Shown: positions 28,547-38,956, counted from the stretch's first letter. The stretch is 64,000 nucleotides of DNA from Escherichia coli (GCF_965641715.1 NZ_OZ282453.1), one strand, 5' to 3'. The notes: generated by a model not told the origin, from the letters alone. Program-made: numbers and translations.

Positions 28547-30229
28547 ATGACAGTGAAATATAAAACCGTTATCACCCGAGCCGGTGCGGAAAAACTGGCG
28601 GCGGCGACGCTCCCGAACGGGAAAAAAGTCAATTTTGCGGTGATGGCCGTCGGGGACGGTGGCGGTAAGCTTCCCGAGCCGGACGCCAGTCAGACAAAAC
28701 TCGTCAATGAGGTCTGGCGTCATGCGCTGAACAAAATCTGCCTGGACAAAAAACATAAAAATTATGTCGTGGCGGAGCTGGTGATCCCCCCGGAGACCGG
28801 CGGTTTCTGGCTGCGTGAAATGGGGCTTTACGATGACACCGGCACGCTGATTGCGGTCGGCAATATGGCCGAAAGTTATAAGCCCGAACTGGCGGAAGGG
28901 TCAGGCCGCGCACAGACGCTGCGCATGGTGATCATGGTGAGCGATATCGACACCGTCGAGCTGTCCATCGATACAACACTGGTGATGGCGACGCAGGATT
29001 ATGTCGACGATAAACTCGCAGAGCATGAGCAGTCCCGTCGCCATCCTGACGCCACGCTGAAAGAAAAAGGGTTCACGCAGTTAAGCAGTGCGACCGACAG
29101 CACGTCTGAGGCGCTCGCCGCGACGCCGAAAGCGGTCAAAGTGGCGTATGACCTTGCGAAAGGTAAATACACGGCTCAGGACGCGACCACGGCGCAGAAA
29201 GGGATTGTCCAGCTCAGTAGCGCCACCGACAGCGTGTCTGAGACCCTCGCCGCGACGCCGAAAGCGGTTAAGGCGGCGAATGATAATGCTAATGGCCGCG
29301 TTCCTTCCTCGCGCAAAATTAACGGACATTCCCTGAATGCTGACATCAGTGTCACCTCGCAGGATATTTTCGACGGTCAGGCTATTGGGCTGGTAATGGA
29401 GGATTTAGATACCCTGAAAACGCCGGGTATTTACTTTCAGCCAGCGAACGCCAATACCTCAGCCGCCAGACATTACCCTGAAAATAACGCCGGGACGCTG
29501 GTCATTTATAAAAATGCCGGAGTGACTCAGGTATACCGGGTTTATAACAGCTCCCGGAGCTACTCGCGCAGCCAGTATTCAACAGGTGCATGGACACCGT
29601 GGACGCCTGATGATGTTTTTCCGGTAGGCGCGCCCGTTGCGTGGCCGTCTGACAGTGTTCCTGCTGGTTATGCCGTCATGCAGGGACAAACTTTTGATAA
29701 AGCCGCTTATCCGCTTCTTGCGGCTGTGTACCCATCGGGTGTTATTCCTGATATGCGGGGCTGGACAATCAAAGGTAAACCGGCCAGCGGTCGTGCAGTG
29801 CTTTCACAGGAACTGGATGGCATCAAGTCACATACTCACAGCGCAAGTGCATCAAATACAGACTTAGGTACTAAATCAAGCAGTGCATTTGATTACGGTA
29901 CTAAAACGGCCAGCACATTTGACTATGGTACTAAAACCACTAACAGCACCGGAGCGCATGCGCACGGTATTTCTGTTGGTAACACAGGCGCAGGTAATGG
30001 TATTTCAGCAGGTTACAACTCAGGGCTGGGCAATGGAACGACGGGGAGTGCAGGTGCGCACGCCCATACGGTCGGTATTGGCGCTCACAACCACACCGTT
30101 GGAATTGGTGCTCACAGTCATACTGTGGCAATAGGGGCTCACGGACATAACATCACTGTTAACGCAGCCGGTAACGCTGAAAACACCGTCAAAAACATCG
30201 CATTCAACTATATCGTGAGGCTTGCCTGA
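28547..30229 (+). CDS. Tail fibre protein H-like (560 aa) with internal repeats and HxH-repeat C-terminal tip
   Basis: Conserved N-terminus ([28 protein letters not shown]), duplicated [17 protein letters not shown] repeats, C-terminal GAH.HT repeats. Confidence 0.85.
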   Translation: MTVKYKTVITRAGAEKLAAATLPNGKKVNFAVMAVGDGGGKLPEPDASQTKLVNEVWRHALNKICLDKKHKNYVVAELVIPPETGGFWLREMGLYDDTGTLIAVGNMAESYKPELAEGSGRAQTLRMVIMVSDIDTVELSIDTTLVMATQDYVDDKLAEHEQSRRHPDATLKEKGFTQLSSATDSTSEALAATPKAVKVAYDLAKGKYTAQDATTAQKGIVQLSSATDSVSETLAATPKAVKAANDNANGRVPSSRKINGHSLNADISVTSQDIFDGQAIGLVMEDLDTLKTPGIYFQPANANTSAARHYPENNAGTLVIYKNAGVTQVYRVYNSSRSYSRSQYSTGAWTPWTPDDVFPVGAPVAWPSDSVPAGYAVMQGQTFDKAAYPLLAAVYPSGVIPDMRGWTIKGKPASGRAVLSQELDGIKSHTHSASASNTDLGTKSSSAFDYGTKTASTFDYGTKTTNSTGAHAHGISVGNTGAGNGISAGYNSGLGNGTTGSAGAHAHTVGIGAHNHTVGIGAHSHTVAIGAHGHNITVNAAGNAENTVKNIAFNYIVRLA

Positions 30230-30807
30230 TGACTTTCAAAATGACCGGGAAAAGCCGGACAATCACTGTTTATAACTATCGCGCAGATACCTGTGAATTT
30301 ATTGGAAAAGGTGACGCCCTGATCCCACCATTTACCGGACTCCCTGCCTGTTGTACCAGTGAAAAACCGCCAGAAACCAGCGCGGGATGTATTCCCGTTT
30401 ACGACACTGAAAGCGGACGATGGAACATCACTGAAGACCACAGGGGTGAGGTTGTCTATGACACTGAAACAGGTCATCAGATGGAGATAACCGAACCGGG
30501 TAAATATCCGACAGGGACAACAACCGCTGCACCTGAAAACCCGTGGCAAAAATGGAATGGTAAAGCATGGATTGATGATGCTGATGCAGAACGGAATGCA
30601 TTGACTGAGTCTGCGAAAAACAACAAAAGCATGCTTCTTAAGCAGGCCAATACTGCGGTTGCGACATTACAGGACGCTGTTGATCTGGAGATGGCAACCG
30701 AAGATGAAAAAGCACAGCTCGCGGCATGGAGGAAATACCGTGTTTTACTGAGCCGCATCCAGCCAGAGAATGCCCCGGATATTGAATGGCCGCCGCTGCC
30801 AGTCTGA
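30229..30807 (+). CDS. Tail fibre assembly chaperone (G-like)
   Basis: 192 aa, translationally coupled to H. Confidence 0.75.
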   Translation: MTFKMTGKSRTITVYNYRADTCEFIGKGDALIPPFTGLPACCTSEKPPETSAGCIPVYDTESGRWNITEDHRGEVVYDTETGHQMEITEPGKYPTGTTTAAPENPWQKWNGKAWIDDADAERNALTESAKNNKSMLLKQANTAVATLQDAVDLEMATEDEKAQLAAWRKYRVLLSRIQPENAPDIEWPPLPV

Positions 30808-30941
30808 TCCGACATCCGGCGGGCAGTTGCCCGCCTTTTCCTTTCCCGTCGTTGTGCCAGACCTTAGCCAACCCTGACAAATAGCCCCTCATCACCACAC
30901 AACAGAAAATACACTCACCCCTTAACCACGGAGTTAAACGG

Positions 30942-32135
30942 ATGAGTGACTATCATCACGGCGTCGAGGTCATCGAGATTAACGATGGCGTGCGCACCAT
31001 TTCCACCGTTTCAACCGCCATTATCGGCATGGTCTGTACGGCCAGCGATGCTGACGAGAAAACATTTCCCCTCAATGAGCCGGTACTCATTACGAACGTG
31101 CAGAGTGCTATCGGTAAGGCTGGCAAAAAGGGCACGCTGTCGACGTCCCTGCAGGCTATCGCTGACCAGTGCAAACCTGTCATCGTGGCCGTGCGTGTGG
31201 CCGAAGGTATTGAAGATCCGGAGAACCCCGAAGCGGCGCACAAACAGACCATTTCCAATATCATCGGCACCACCGATGAAAACGGCAAATATACCGGGCT
31301 GAAAGCCCTGCTGACGGCGAAAACCGTCACCGGCGTTAAGCCACGGATTCTCGGCGTGCCGGGGCTGGATTCGCAGGAAGTGGCGACCGCGCTCGCGTCC
31401 ACCTGTCAGAGCCTGCGCGCCTTTGGCTATATCAGCGCGTGGGGCTGTAAAACCATTTCCGATGCCATCGACTACCGCGAGAATTTCAGCCAGCGTGAGC
31501 TGATGGTCATCTTCCCTGATTTTCTGGCATGGGACACCACGGCGAACGCGACCGCGACAACCTGGGCGACGGCGCGCGCACTCGGCCTGCGTGCCAAAAT
31601 CGACCAGACGGTCGGCTGGCATAAAACCCTGTCTAACGTTGGCGTTAACGGTGTGACCGGCGTCAGTGCCTCAGTATCGTGGGATTTGCAGGAACCGGCG
31701 ACCGACGCCAACCTGCTGAATCAGGCTGGTGTCACTACGCTTATCCGCAATGATGGTTTCAAATTTTGGGGAAACCGTACCTGCTCAGATGATCCGCTTT
31801 TCCTGTTTGAAAACTACACCCGCACCGCGCAGGTGCTGGCCGACACGATGGCGGAGGCGCACGCGTGGGCGATGGATAAACCCATTACCCCGACCCTCAT
31901 TCGCGATATCGTTTCCGGTATCAATGCCAAATTCCGCGAGCTGAAAACCAACGGTTATATCGTTGACGGCTTCTGCTGGTACGACCCGGAGTCGAACGAC
32001 ACCGCGACCCTGAAAGTGGGGAAACTGTATATCGATTACGACTACACCCCCGTCCCGCCGCTGGAAAATCTGACCCTGCGCCAGCGCATCACCGATACCT
32101 ATCTGGCGAACCTGTCAGACTCGGTCAACAGCTAA
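30942..32135 (+). CDS. Tail sheath protein FI-like
   Basis: 397 aa as P2 FI. Confidence 0.9.
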   Translation: MSDYHHGVEVIEINDGVRTISTVSTAIIGMVCTASDADEKTFPLNEPVLITNVQSAIGKAGKKGTLSTSLQAIADQCKPVIVAVRVAEGIEDPENPEAAHKQTISNIIGTTDENGKYTGLKALLTAKTVTGVKPRILGVPGLDSQEVATALASTCQSLRAFGYISAWGCKTISDAIDYRENFSQRELMVIFPDFLAWDTTANATATTWATARALGLRAKIDQTVGWHKTLSNVGVNGVTGVSASVSWDLQEPATDANLLNQAGVTTLIRNDGFKFWGNRTCSDDPLFLFENYTRTAQVLADTMAEAHAWAMDKPITPTLIRDIVSGINAKFRELKTNGYIVDGFCWYDPESNDTATLKVGKLYIDYDYTPVPPLENLTLRQRITDTYLANLSDSVNS

Positions 32136-32147
32136 GGAGCTCTGAGC

Positions 32148-32666
32148 ATGGCGTTACCCCGCAAACTGAAATACCTGAACATGTTCAACGATGGCCTCAG
32201 CTATATGGGCGTTGTTGAATCCGTCACCCTGCCAAAACTGACCCGCAAGCTGGAGAAATATCGCGGCGGCGGAATGCCGGGGGCGGTGTCGGTTGACCTC
32301 GGCCTCGATGATGATGCGCTGTCGCTTGAGTGGACGCTCGGTGGTCTGCCTGACATTGAATTGTGGGTGCAGTACGCCTCGCCGGGTGCTGACAGTGTGC
32401 CGCTGCGCTTTACCAGCTCTTATCAGCGTGACGACACCGGCGCGATTTCTGCCGTCGAGGTAGTGATGCGTGGCCGTCATAAAGAATACGACGGCGGTGA
32501 AAACAAGCAGGGCGAAAGCGGCACGACCAAAATGGCGACCGAGTGCGCCTATTACCAGCTCACGATTGATGGCAAAGAAGTCATCGAAATTGACGTGATC
32601 AACATGGTGCTGAAAGTCGACGGTGTCGACCGTATGGCAGAGCATCGCAAGGCGATTGGCCTGTAA
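32148..32666 (+). CDS. Tail tube protein FII-like
   Basis: 172 aa as P2 FII. Confidence 0.9.
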   Translation: MALPRKLKYLNMFNDGLSYMGVVESVTLPKLTRKLEKYRGGGMPGAVSVDLGLDDDALSLEWTLGGLPDIELWVQYASPGADSVPLRFTSSYQRDDTGAISAVEVVMRGRHKEYDGGENKQGESGTTKMATECAYYQLTIDGKEVIEIDVINMVLKVDGVDRMAEHRKAIGL

Positions 32667-32720
32667 TCCCTCAACCGGTCAGCGGGGCTGGCCGGTCACT
32701 TACCCTGATGAGAAATTCGC

Positions 32721-33035
32721 ATGAAAAATATCAATGAAACTGCTGTTGCTGGCACTGAAAACGTCAATCCGAATGTCGTTATTTTTGACACGCCGCTGAT
32801 GCGTGGTGAGCAGAAAATTGAACAGGTCACCTTAACCAAACCAAACGCGGGAACCCTGCGCGGGGTGTCGCTGGCCTCGCTGGCAAGTTCCGACGTTGAC
32901 GCGCTGATTAAGGTGCTGCCGCGCATGACGTATCCGGCACTGACCGAGCACGAGCTCGCGCGTCTGGATGCGTCAGACCTGATTTCGCTGGCCGGTAAGG
33001 TGGTCGGTTTTTTGTCACCGGCTTCGGGTCGCTGA
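32721..33035 (+). CDS. Tail assembly chaperone E-like
   Basis: 104 aa, position before tape measure. Confidence 0.75.
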   Translation: MKNINETAVAGTENVNPNVVIFDTPLMRGEQKIEQVTLTKPNAGTLRGVSLASLASSDVDALIKVLPRMTYPALTEHELARLDASDLISLAGKVVGFLSPASGR

Positions 33036-33190
33036 CCTTCCCGGAAAAACTGTCGGTCGATGACCTGATGGCGGATATCGCGGTGATCTTCCACTGGCCG
33101 CCATCAGAGCTAAATTCCCTGAGCGTGACCGAGCTCCTGACATGGCGCGATAAGGCGCTGCAACGAAGCGGAAGCCATCATGAGCAATAA
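32721..33190 (+). CDS. E+E' product by programmed -1 frameshift at slippery T-TTT-TTG (33008..33014)
   Basis: Slippery heptamer near end of E; -1 frame stays open to the TAA at 33188..33190, overlapping the T start. Confidence 0.55.
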
Positions 33191-35621
33191 CGTCAGAATC
33201 GAGGTGCTGCTGAACGCAGTCGACCGGGCAAGCCGCCCGCTTAAAGCGATTCAGAACGCCAGCAAATCCCTGTCCGGTGATATCCGCAATTCACAAAAAA
33301 GCCTGCGCGAACTTAATGCGCAGGCGTCCCGTATTGACGGATTCCGCAAAGCCAGCGCACAGCTTGCCGTGACCGGTCACTCGCTTGAGAAAGCGAAACA
33401 GGAAGCGCAAGCCCTTGTCACGCAATTTAAAAACACCGAGCGCCCGACACGTGCGCAGGCGCAGGTGCTTGAATCGGCAAAGCGTGCCGCCGACGGGCTG
33501 CAGACGAAATACAACAGCCTAACTGAGTCTGTGAAACGCCAGCAACGCGAGCTCGGTGCTGTCGGGATTAATACCCGTAATCTGGCAAATGATGAGCGGG
33601 GGCTCAAATCGCGCATCAGTGAGACGACTGCGCAGCTCAATCGGCAGCGTGAGGCACTGGCGAAAGTCAGCGCACAGCAGGCAAAGTTAAGCCGGGTGAA
33701 AGCGCGGTATCAGGCCGGTAAATCGCTTGCCGGTAGCATGGCGGCGGCTGGCGCGGCCGGTGTCGGTATTGCGACAACAGGAACCATGGCCGGGGTCAAG
33801 CTGCTGACGCCGGGTTATGAATTTGCACAGAAAAACTCAAAGCTGCAGGCAGTGCTCGGTGTCGACAAACAGTCGCCTGAAATGCAGGCGCTGCGTAAAC
33901 AAGCGCGCCAGCTCGGTGACAATACCGCTGCCTCTGCCGATGATGCGGCGGGTGCGCAGATTATCATCGCGAAAAGCGGCGGTGATGCGGCGGCCATTCA
34001 GGCGGCGACGCCGGTCACACTGAATATGGCGCTGTCCAACAAGCGCACGATGGAAGAGAACGCCGCGCTGCTGACGGGCATGAAATCCGCTTTCCAGCTC
34101 TCTAACGATAAAGTCGCGCATATTGGCGATGTTCTCTCGATGACGATGAACAAAACCGCCGCTGACTTTGACGGGATGAGCGATGCGCTGACCTATACCG
34201 CGCCGGTGGCGAAAAATGCCGGGGTGAGTATCGAAGAAACCGCCGCGATGGTGGGGGCGCTGCACGATTCTAAAATCACCGGCTCGATGGCGGGTACAGG
34301 GAGCCGTGCCGTTCTGAGTCGCCTGCAGGCGCCGACCGGTAAAGCCTACGACGCCATCAAAGAGCTCGGCATTAAAACGAGCGACAGCAAAGGCAATACG
34401 CGCCCGATATTTTCCATCCTGAAGGAAATGCAGCGCAGTTTTGAGAAAAACAATCTCGGAACGGGTCAGAAAGCCGAATACATGAAAACCATTTTCGGTG
34501 AAGAAGCCAGCTCAGCGGCCGCTGTGCTGATGGCCGCCGCATCAAACGGCAAGCTCGACCAGCTCACCGCCGCGTTTAAAGCCTCGGACGGCAAGACTGA
34601 GGAGCTGGTTAAGGTTATGCAGGATAACCTCGGCGGCGACTTTAAAGAGTTTCAGTCAGCCTATGAGGCGGTTGGCACTGACCTGTTTGATCAGCAGGAG
34701 GGCTCACTGCGTAAGCTGACGCAGACGGCCACGCAATATGTGCTCAGGCTCGACGGCTGGATCCAGAAAAATAAAGGGCTGGCGACCACCATCGGCGTGG
34801 TGGTCGGGGGTGCGCTGGCGCTGATTGGTGTAATGGGCGGGATTGGCCTTGTCGCATGGCCGGTGGTAATGGGGATTAATGCCATCATTGCGGCGGCTGG
34901 CGTGCTCGGTGTGGTTTTCAGTACGGTTGGAGGCGCGATTGTCACGGCCATTGGCGCAATCAGCCTGCCGGTGCTGGCGGTTGCCGGTGCCGTGGTGGCC
35001 GGTGCGTTGCTGATCCGTAAATACTGGGAGCCGCTCGGTGCATTTTTCTCGGGCGTGGTGGAGGGACTGAAAGCCGCCTTTGCACCGGTGGGGGACATGT
35101 TTACCCCGCTCGCGCCGGTGTTTGACGCCATCGCTGAAAAGCTGGGTGTCGTCTGCCAGTGGTTTAAAGACCTGCTTGCGCCGGTGAAAGCCACGCAGGA
35201 CACGCTCTCCAGTTGCAAAAATGTCGGCGTTACTTTTGGTCAGGCGCTGGCTGATGCGCTGATGATGCCGCTCAAGATGTTTAACAGCCTGAGCGGCAAG
35301 GTCGGCTGGCTGCTGGAGAAACTCGGCGTTATCAAAAAAGAATCCAGCGACCTCGACCAGACCGCAGCGAAAGCGAATAAGGCGTCCCCGAATGGCGGGT
35401 ATATCCCTGCGACCGCAGGTTATGGCGGGTATCAGGCGTATCAGCCGGTCACAGCGCCCGCAGGCCTGTCTTATATCGACCAGAGCAAAAGCGAATACAA
35501 CATCAACCTGCAGGGCGGAGTCGCACCGGGCAGTGACCTTGACCGCCAGCTCCGTGACGCGGTCGACAAACTTGACCGCGAGAAACGTGCGCGTCAGCGA
35601 TCCAGTATGAGACTCGACTGA
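33180..35621 (+). CDS. Tail tape measure protein T-like
   Basis: 813 aa, coiled-coil N-terminus, glycine/alanine-rich TM-like core. Confidence 0.85.
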   Translation: MSNNVRIEVLLNAVDRASRPLKAIQNASKSLSGDIRNSQKSLRELNAQASRIDGFRKASAQLAVTGHSLEKAKQEAQALVTQFKNTERPTRAQAQVLESAKRAADGLQTKYNSLTESVKRQQRELGAVGINTRNLANDERGLKSRISETTAQLNRQREALAKVSAQQAKLSRVKARYQAGKSLAGSMAAAGAAGVGIATTGTMAGVKLLTPGYEFAQKNSKLQAVLGVDKQSPEMQALRKQARQLGDNTAASADDAAGAQIIIAKSGGDAAAIQAATPVTLNMALSNKRTMEENAALLTGMKSAFQLSNDKVAHIGDVLSMTMNKTAADFDGMSDALTYTAPVAKNAGVSIEETAAMVGALHDSKITGSMAGTGSRAVLSRLQAPTGKAYDAIKELGIKTSDSKGNTRPIFSILKEMQRSFEKNNLGTGQKAEYMKTIFGEEASSAAAVLMAAASNGKLDQLTAAFKASDGKTEELVKVMQDNLGGDFKEFQSAYEAVGTDLFDQQEGSLRKLTQTATQYVLRLDGWIQKNKGLATTIGVVVGGALALIGVMGGIGLVAWPVVMGINAIIAAAGVLGVVFSTVGGAIVTAIGAISLPVLAVAGAVVAGALLIRKYWEPLGAFFSGVVEGLKAAFAPVGDMFTPLAPVFDAIAEKLGVVCQWFKDLLAPVKATQDTLSSCKNVGVTFGQALADALMMPLKMFNSLSGKVGWLLEKLGVIKKESSDLDQTAAKANKASPNGGYIPATAGYGGYQAYQPVTAPAGLSYIDQSKSEYNINLQGGVAPGSDLDRQLRDAVDKLDREKRARQRSSMRLD

Positions 35622-35634
35622 GGGAGGGATAAAA

Positions 35635-36099
35635 ATGTTAATGGGGCTGGGCTTTTTCGTGTTTGAACGGCGCACCCTGCCGCATCAGTCAATGCAGTAT
35701 TCGAAGGACTACCGCTGGGTGTCAAATGACCGTATCGGAAAACCCCCGGCTTATCAGTATCTCGGGGAGGGGGAAACCTCGCGTACCCTGTCGGGCACGC
35801 TTTACCCTGAAATCACCGGCGGGCGTCTGTCACTGATGGCCATCGAACTGATGGCCGATGAGGGGCGCGCATGGCCGCTGATTGACGGAACCGGCATGAT
35901 CCACGGGATGTATGTCATCGATAAAGTGACTCACAACCACACCGAGTTATTCAGCGACGGCGCGGCTAAAAAAATCGAGTTTAGCCTGTCGCTTAAGCGG
36001 GTGGATGAATCCCTCGCGGCCATCTACGGCGACCTGAAAACGCAGGCTGATAATCTGGTCACGTCTGCCGGTAACTGGCTCGGGGGGCTGGCGGGATGA
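35635..36099 (+). CDS. Tail protein U-like
   Basis: 154 aa, position. Confidence 0.8.
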   Translation: MLMGLGFFVFERRTLPHQSMQYSKDYRWVSNDRIGKPPAYQYLGEGETSRTLSGTLYPEITGGRLSLMAIELMADEGRAWPLIDGTGMIHGMYVIDKVTHNHTELFSDGAAKKIEFSLSLKRVDESLAAIYGDLKTQADNLVTSAGNWLGGLAG

Positions 36100-37259
36100 T
36101 AACGGGAATGACTATTCAGGCCGGGGCGCGCATTGCTCCTGATTTTATGCTCACGCTCGGTGGCGCAGATATCACACAGAATTTCAGCGACCGGCTTATC
36201 GGGCTGACCATGACCGACAATCGCGGATTCGAGGCTGACCAGCTTGATATCGAGCTCGATGATACCGATGGACTGGTCGAGCTGCCGCCGCGCGGGGCAT
36301 CGCTGACCCTGTGGCTGGGCTGGCAGGGCTCGGCGCTGATTAACAAAGGGAGTTTTACGGTTGACGAAATCGAGCACCGGGGCGCGCCTGACAGGCTGAC
36401 TATCCGGGGACGCAGTGCGGATTTTCGCGGGACGCTGAACTCGCGCCGCGAGCAGTCATGGCACGACACCACGCTCGGGGTGATTGTCGAGACTATCGCG
36501 CAGCGTAACAAACTGACGGCCAGCGTGGCTGATACCCTGAAAGCTGTTGCTGTGCCGCATATTGACCAGTCTCAGGAATCCGACGCGGCGTTTTTGTCCC
36601 GACTGGCGGATCGCAACGGGGCAACGGTTTCGGTCAAGGCCGGGAAATTGTTATTCCTGAAAGCCGGTAGCGCGATGACGGCCAGTGGTAAGGCCATCCC
36701 GCAAATGACCGTCGAACGCGGCGACGGCGACCGGCATCAGTTTGCCATAGCCGACCGCGAGGCATACTCCGGCGTAACCGCTAAATGGCTGCACACCAGA
36801 GACCCGAAACCGCAAAAGCAAAAGGTGAAGCTCAAGCGCAAACCCAAAGAGCAGCACCTGCGTGCGCTGCAGCACCCGAAGGTTGCTAAAACATCGGCAA
36901 AGGCTAAAAAGAAGAAGGTGCAGGAAGCGCGGGAAGGTGAGTATATGGCCGGTGAGTCCGACAATGTTCTGGAACTCACGACCATCTACGCGACAAAGGC
37001 GCAGGCCATGCGCGCAGCTCAGGCAAAGTGGGACAGGATACAGCGTGGGGTGGCGGAGTTTTCGATCACGCTCGCCACTGGCCGCGCTGATTTATTTCCT
37101 GAAACGCCGGTGGCAGTGAAAGGCTTTAAGCGCGTTATAGACGAGCAGGCGTGGATAATCAGTCGTGTGGTACACAGCCTCAACGGGAGCGGCTTCACGA
37201 CGGGCTTAGAGCTTGAGGTTAAGGTTTCTGATGTGGAGTATGAAAGCGAGGAAGTTTAA
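36096..37259 (+). CDS. Tail/late control protein D-like
   Basis: 387 aa as P2 D. Confidence 0.85.
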   Translation: MITGMTIQAGARIAPDFMLTLGGADITQNFSDRLIGLTMTDNRGFEADQLDIELDDTDGLVELPPRGASLTLWLGWQGSALINKGSFTVDEIEHRGAPDRLTIRGRSADFRGTLNSRREQSWHDTTLGVIVETIAQRNKLTASVADTLKAVAVPHIDQSQESDAAFLSRLADRNGATVSVKAGKLLFLKAGSAMTASGKAIPQMTVERGDGDRHQFAIADREAYSGVTAKWLHTRDPKPQKQKVKLKRKPKEQHLRALQHPKVAKTSAKAKKKKVQEAREGEYMAGESDNVLELTTIYATKAQAMRAAQAKWDRIQRGVAEFSITLATGRADLFPETPVAVKGFKRVIDEQAWIISRVVHSLNGSGFTTGLELEVKVSDVEYESEEV

Positions 37260-37339
37260 CGGTGTGTGTTGTTTATGTGTTTGTTTTATAAATAAAAATT
37301 AGTAAAATTAACACATTGAATACGCCGGAGACCCTCATC

Positions 37340-37561
37340 ATGTTTCATTGTCCGAAATGCCATCATGCCGCCCACGCCCGCACGAGTCGCTATTTTACTG
37401 ATACCACAAAAGAGCGGTATCACCAGTGCACAAACATTAACTGCAGCTGCACGTTTGTGACCACTGAAACAGTCGAGCGTTTTATCGTGTCGCCGGGGGA
37501 AGTAGTACCCGCGCCGCCGCATCCGACATCATCAGGTCAGCAACAAATTCACTGGATGTGA
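37340..37561 (+). CDS. ogr: Ogr zinc-finger late transcription activator
   Basis: MFHCPKCHHAAHARTSRYFTDTTKERYHQC matches remembered P2 Ogr; Cys4 zinc finger. Confidence 0.85.
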   Translation: MFHCPKCHHAAHARTSRYFTDTTKERYHQCTNINCSCTFVTTETVERFIVSPGEVVPAPPHPTSSGQQQIHWM

Positions 37562-37572
37562 CAAACGAGAAA

Positions 37573-37595
37573 GCCCCGCGAATGCGGGGCTTTTT
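37573..37595 (+). terminator. Rho-independent terminator after ogr (gccccgc-gaat-gcggggc + TTTTT)
   Basis: Perfect 7-bp GC stem followed by T5. Confidence 0.65.
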
Positions 37596-37866
37596 GCAAC
37601 TTTTAGATCAGTTATGTTAAGTACATTTCCGTCGGCAAAGTGCCAGGAGCGGGTTCTAGAGAGTGACTAACGTTAGTTATATGTGTAAAATTCCTTAAAA
37701 ATAAGAAGGATATATATCCATGACAGCAATTGCATATTGGATTAACTGAGAATCAATTGAGAAATTTTTGGGGGGCAAAAAATAAACTAGCTAATTAAAT
37801 TTTTATAAATAACGAATATAAGACTGCAAGCCATTTAACAAAAGTTTATAAATAAAGGAGTCAGTT

Positions 37867-38718
37867 TTGAACAATATCCCCATATCTACTCAATGGACTT
37901 TAGACGCTACGGGTGAAGTTGGACGCTCATCAGTAAATTCTGTTTATATGATTATATGTCCTGCGACAGGCTCGAAAGGATCTGGTTTTTTAATAGATAA
38001 TGGGTTAATAGTAACGAACGAGCATGTTATCACTGGATGCTCTACAAATCAGATTTTCGCAATTTCAGCTTATGGACAGAAGATTCCAATTTCTCAAAAA
38101 TGGATAGATTCTGATCGCGATTTAGCTGTGCTGAGACCTGCCATTACCCAGACTGGTGGGCTAAGTATTGTTAAGGATAATGATCTTAAAGTTGGTGAAT
38201 CAGTAACAACTTGGGGATACCCATTAGGATACAACGGTCCTGCACCGTTACTATCCGTTGGTTATCTAGCAGGATTTAACTCATACCAAACCGCCAAGGG
38301 ACAAAAAAAACATCTAGTGGTAAATGGGGCATTTAACTCAGGAAATTCTGGTGGAGCTCTTTTAAAAGCTTCAGATAATAAAGTAATAGGTATTGTAGTG
38401 AGTAAGCATGCTCCTATCAGTCAATACCATCAATCAGCTATTGAAGCTTTGTCTGAAAATATGAGTGGCGTCACCTATACCGCTACTAATGACGCTGGAG
38501 AAACTAAAAGTTTTGTAGAATCTCAAATTGTAGCAGAATTATTGATTCATATGAGAAGTCTAACTCAAGTTATGATTGGAGAAGCAATTGCAGCAGAGGA
38601 ATTACTTTCGATGCTTAGCGAAATTGACTTGAGTCCACCACAATCTATGTCAAGAAATGCCTTATGTCATTGCGGGAGTGGAAAACGCTTCAAAGAATGT
38701 CATGGAAAGATATCCTAG
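37867..38718 (+). CDS. AT-rich cargo: trypsin-like (S1/chymotrypsin fold) serine protease with C-terminal SEC-C zinc-binding motif
   Basis: TTG start with strong aaaggag RBS 7 nt upstream; catalytic-triad-like TNEHV / DLAVL / GNSGGAL; C-terminal CHCGSGKRFKECHG (38662..38703). Confidence 0.65.
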   Translation: MNNIPISTQWTLDATGEVGRSSVNSVYMIICPATGSKGSGFLIDNGLIVTNEHVITGCSTNQIFAISAYGQKIPISQKWIDSDRDLAVLRPAITQTGGLSIVKDNDLKVGESVTTWGYPLGYNGPAPLLSVGYLAGFNSYQTAKGQKKHLVVNGAFNSGNSGGALLKASDNKVIGIVVSKHAPISQYHQSAIEALSENMSGVTYTATNDAGETKSFVESQIVAELLIHMRSLTQVMIGEAIAAEELLSMLSEIDLSPPQSMSRNALCHCGSGKRFKECHGKIS

Positions 38719-38888
38719 TAAGTACTTATATCAGTCTGATAATGGCTCTTCAAATACAAAAGACTTCACTTACTCTGCCGTCATCTCTGCTCCTCGCTTA
38801 TTGCAGACGGTCAAAAGCTTACAAGCTGTTGACTAGATGTGTTCTTACATTGTCAGTTAAAACAAAAGCCCCGCAAATGCGGGGCTTT

Positions 38889-38911
38889 TTGTATCGATGT
38901 GGTCAATGTGT
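38889..38911 (+). terminator. Rho-independent terminator after protease cargo (gccccgc-aaat-gcggggc + TTTTT), near-duplicate of the ogr terminator
   Basis: Same stem sequence as 37573..37595. Confidence 0.65.
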
Positions 38912-38956
38912 GGACATTGATAGAAATAAATCCATTTATTTCAGTAAGTTACATGC

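Noticed and set aside
30808-30941. Possible cargo at the P2 Z/fun position between G and FI
   Set aside because: Only ~134 bp with no ORF; this hotspot is empty in this prophage
34704-35675. 323-aa minus-strand ORF inside the tape measure gene (and similar long antisense ORFs inside mdtB/mdtC, dgcE, gpA, yegQ)
   Set aside because: Antisense ORFs in GC-rich coding DNA with biased composition; the sense-strand genes have strong homology support, so these are shadow ORFs
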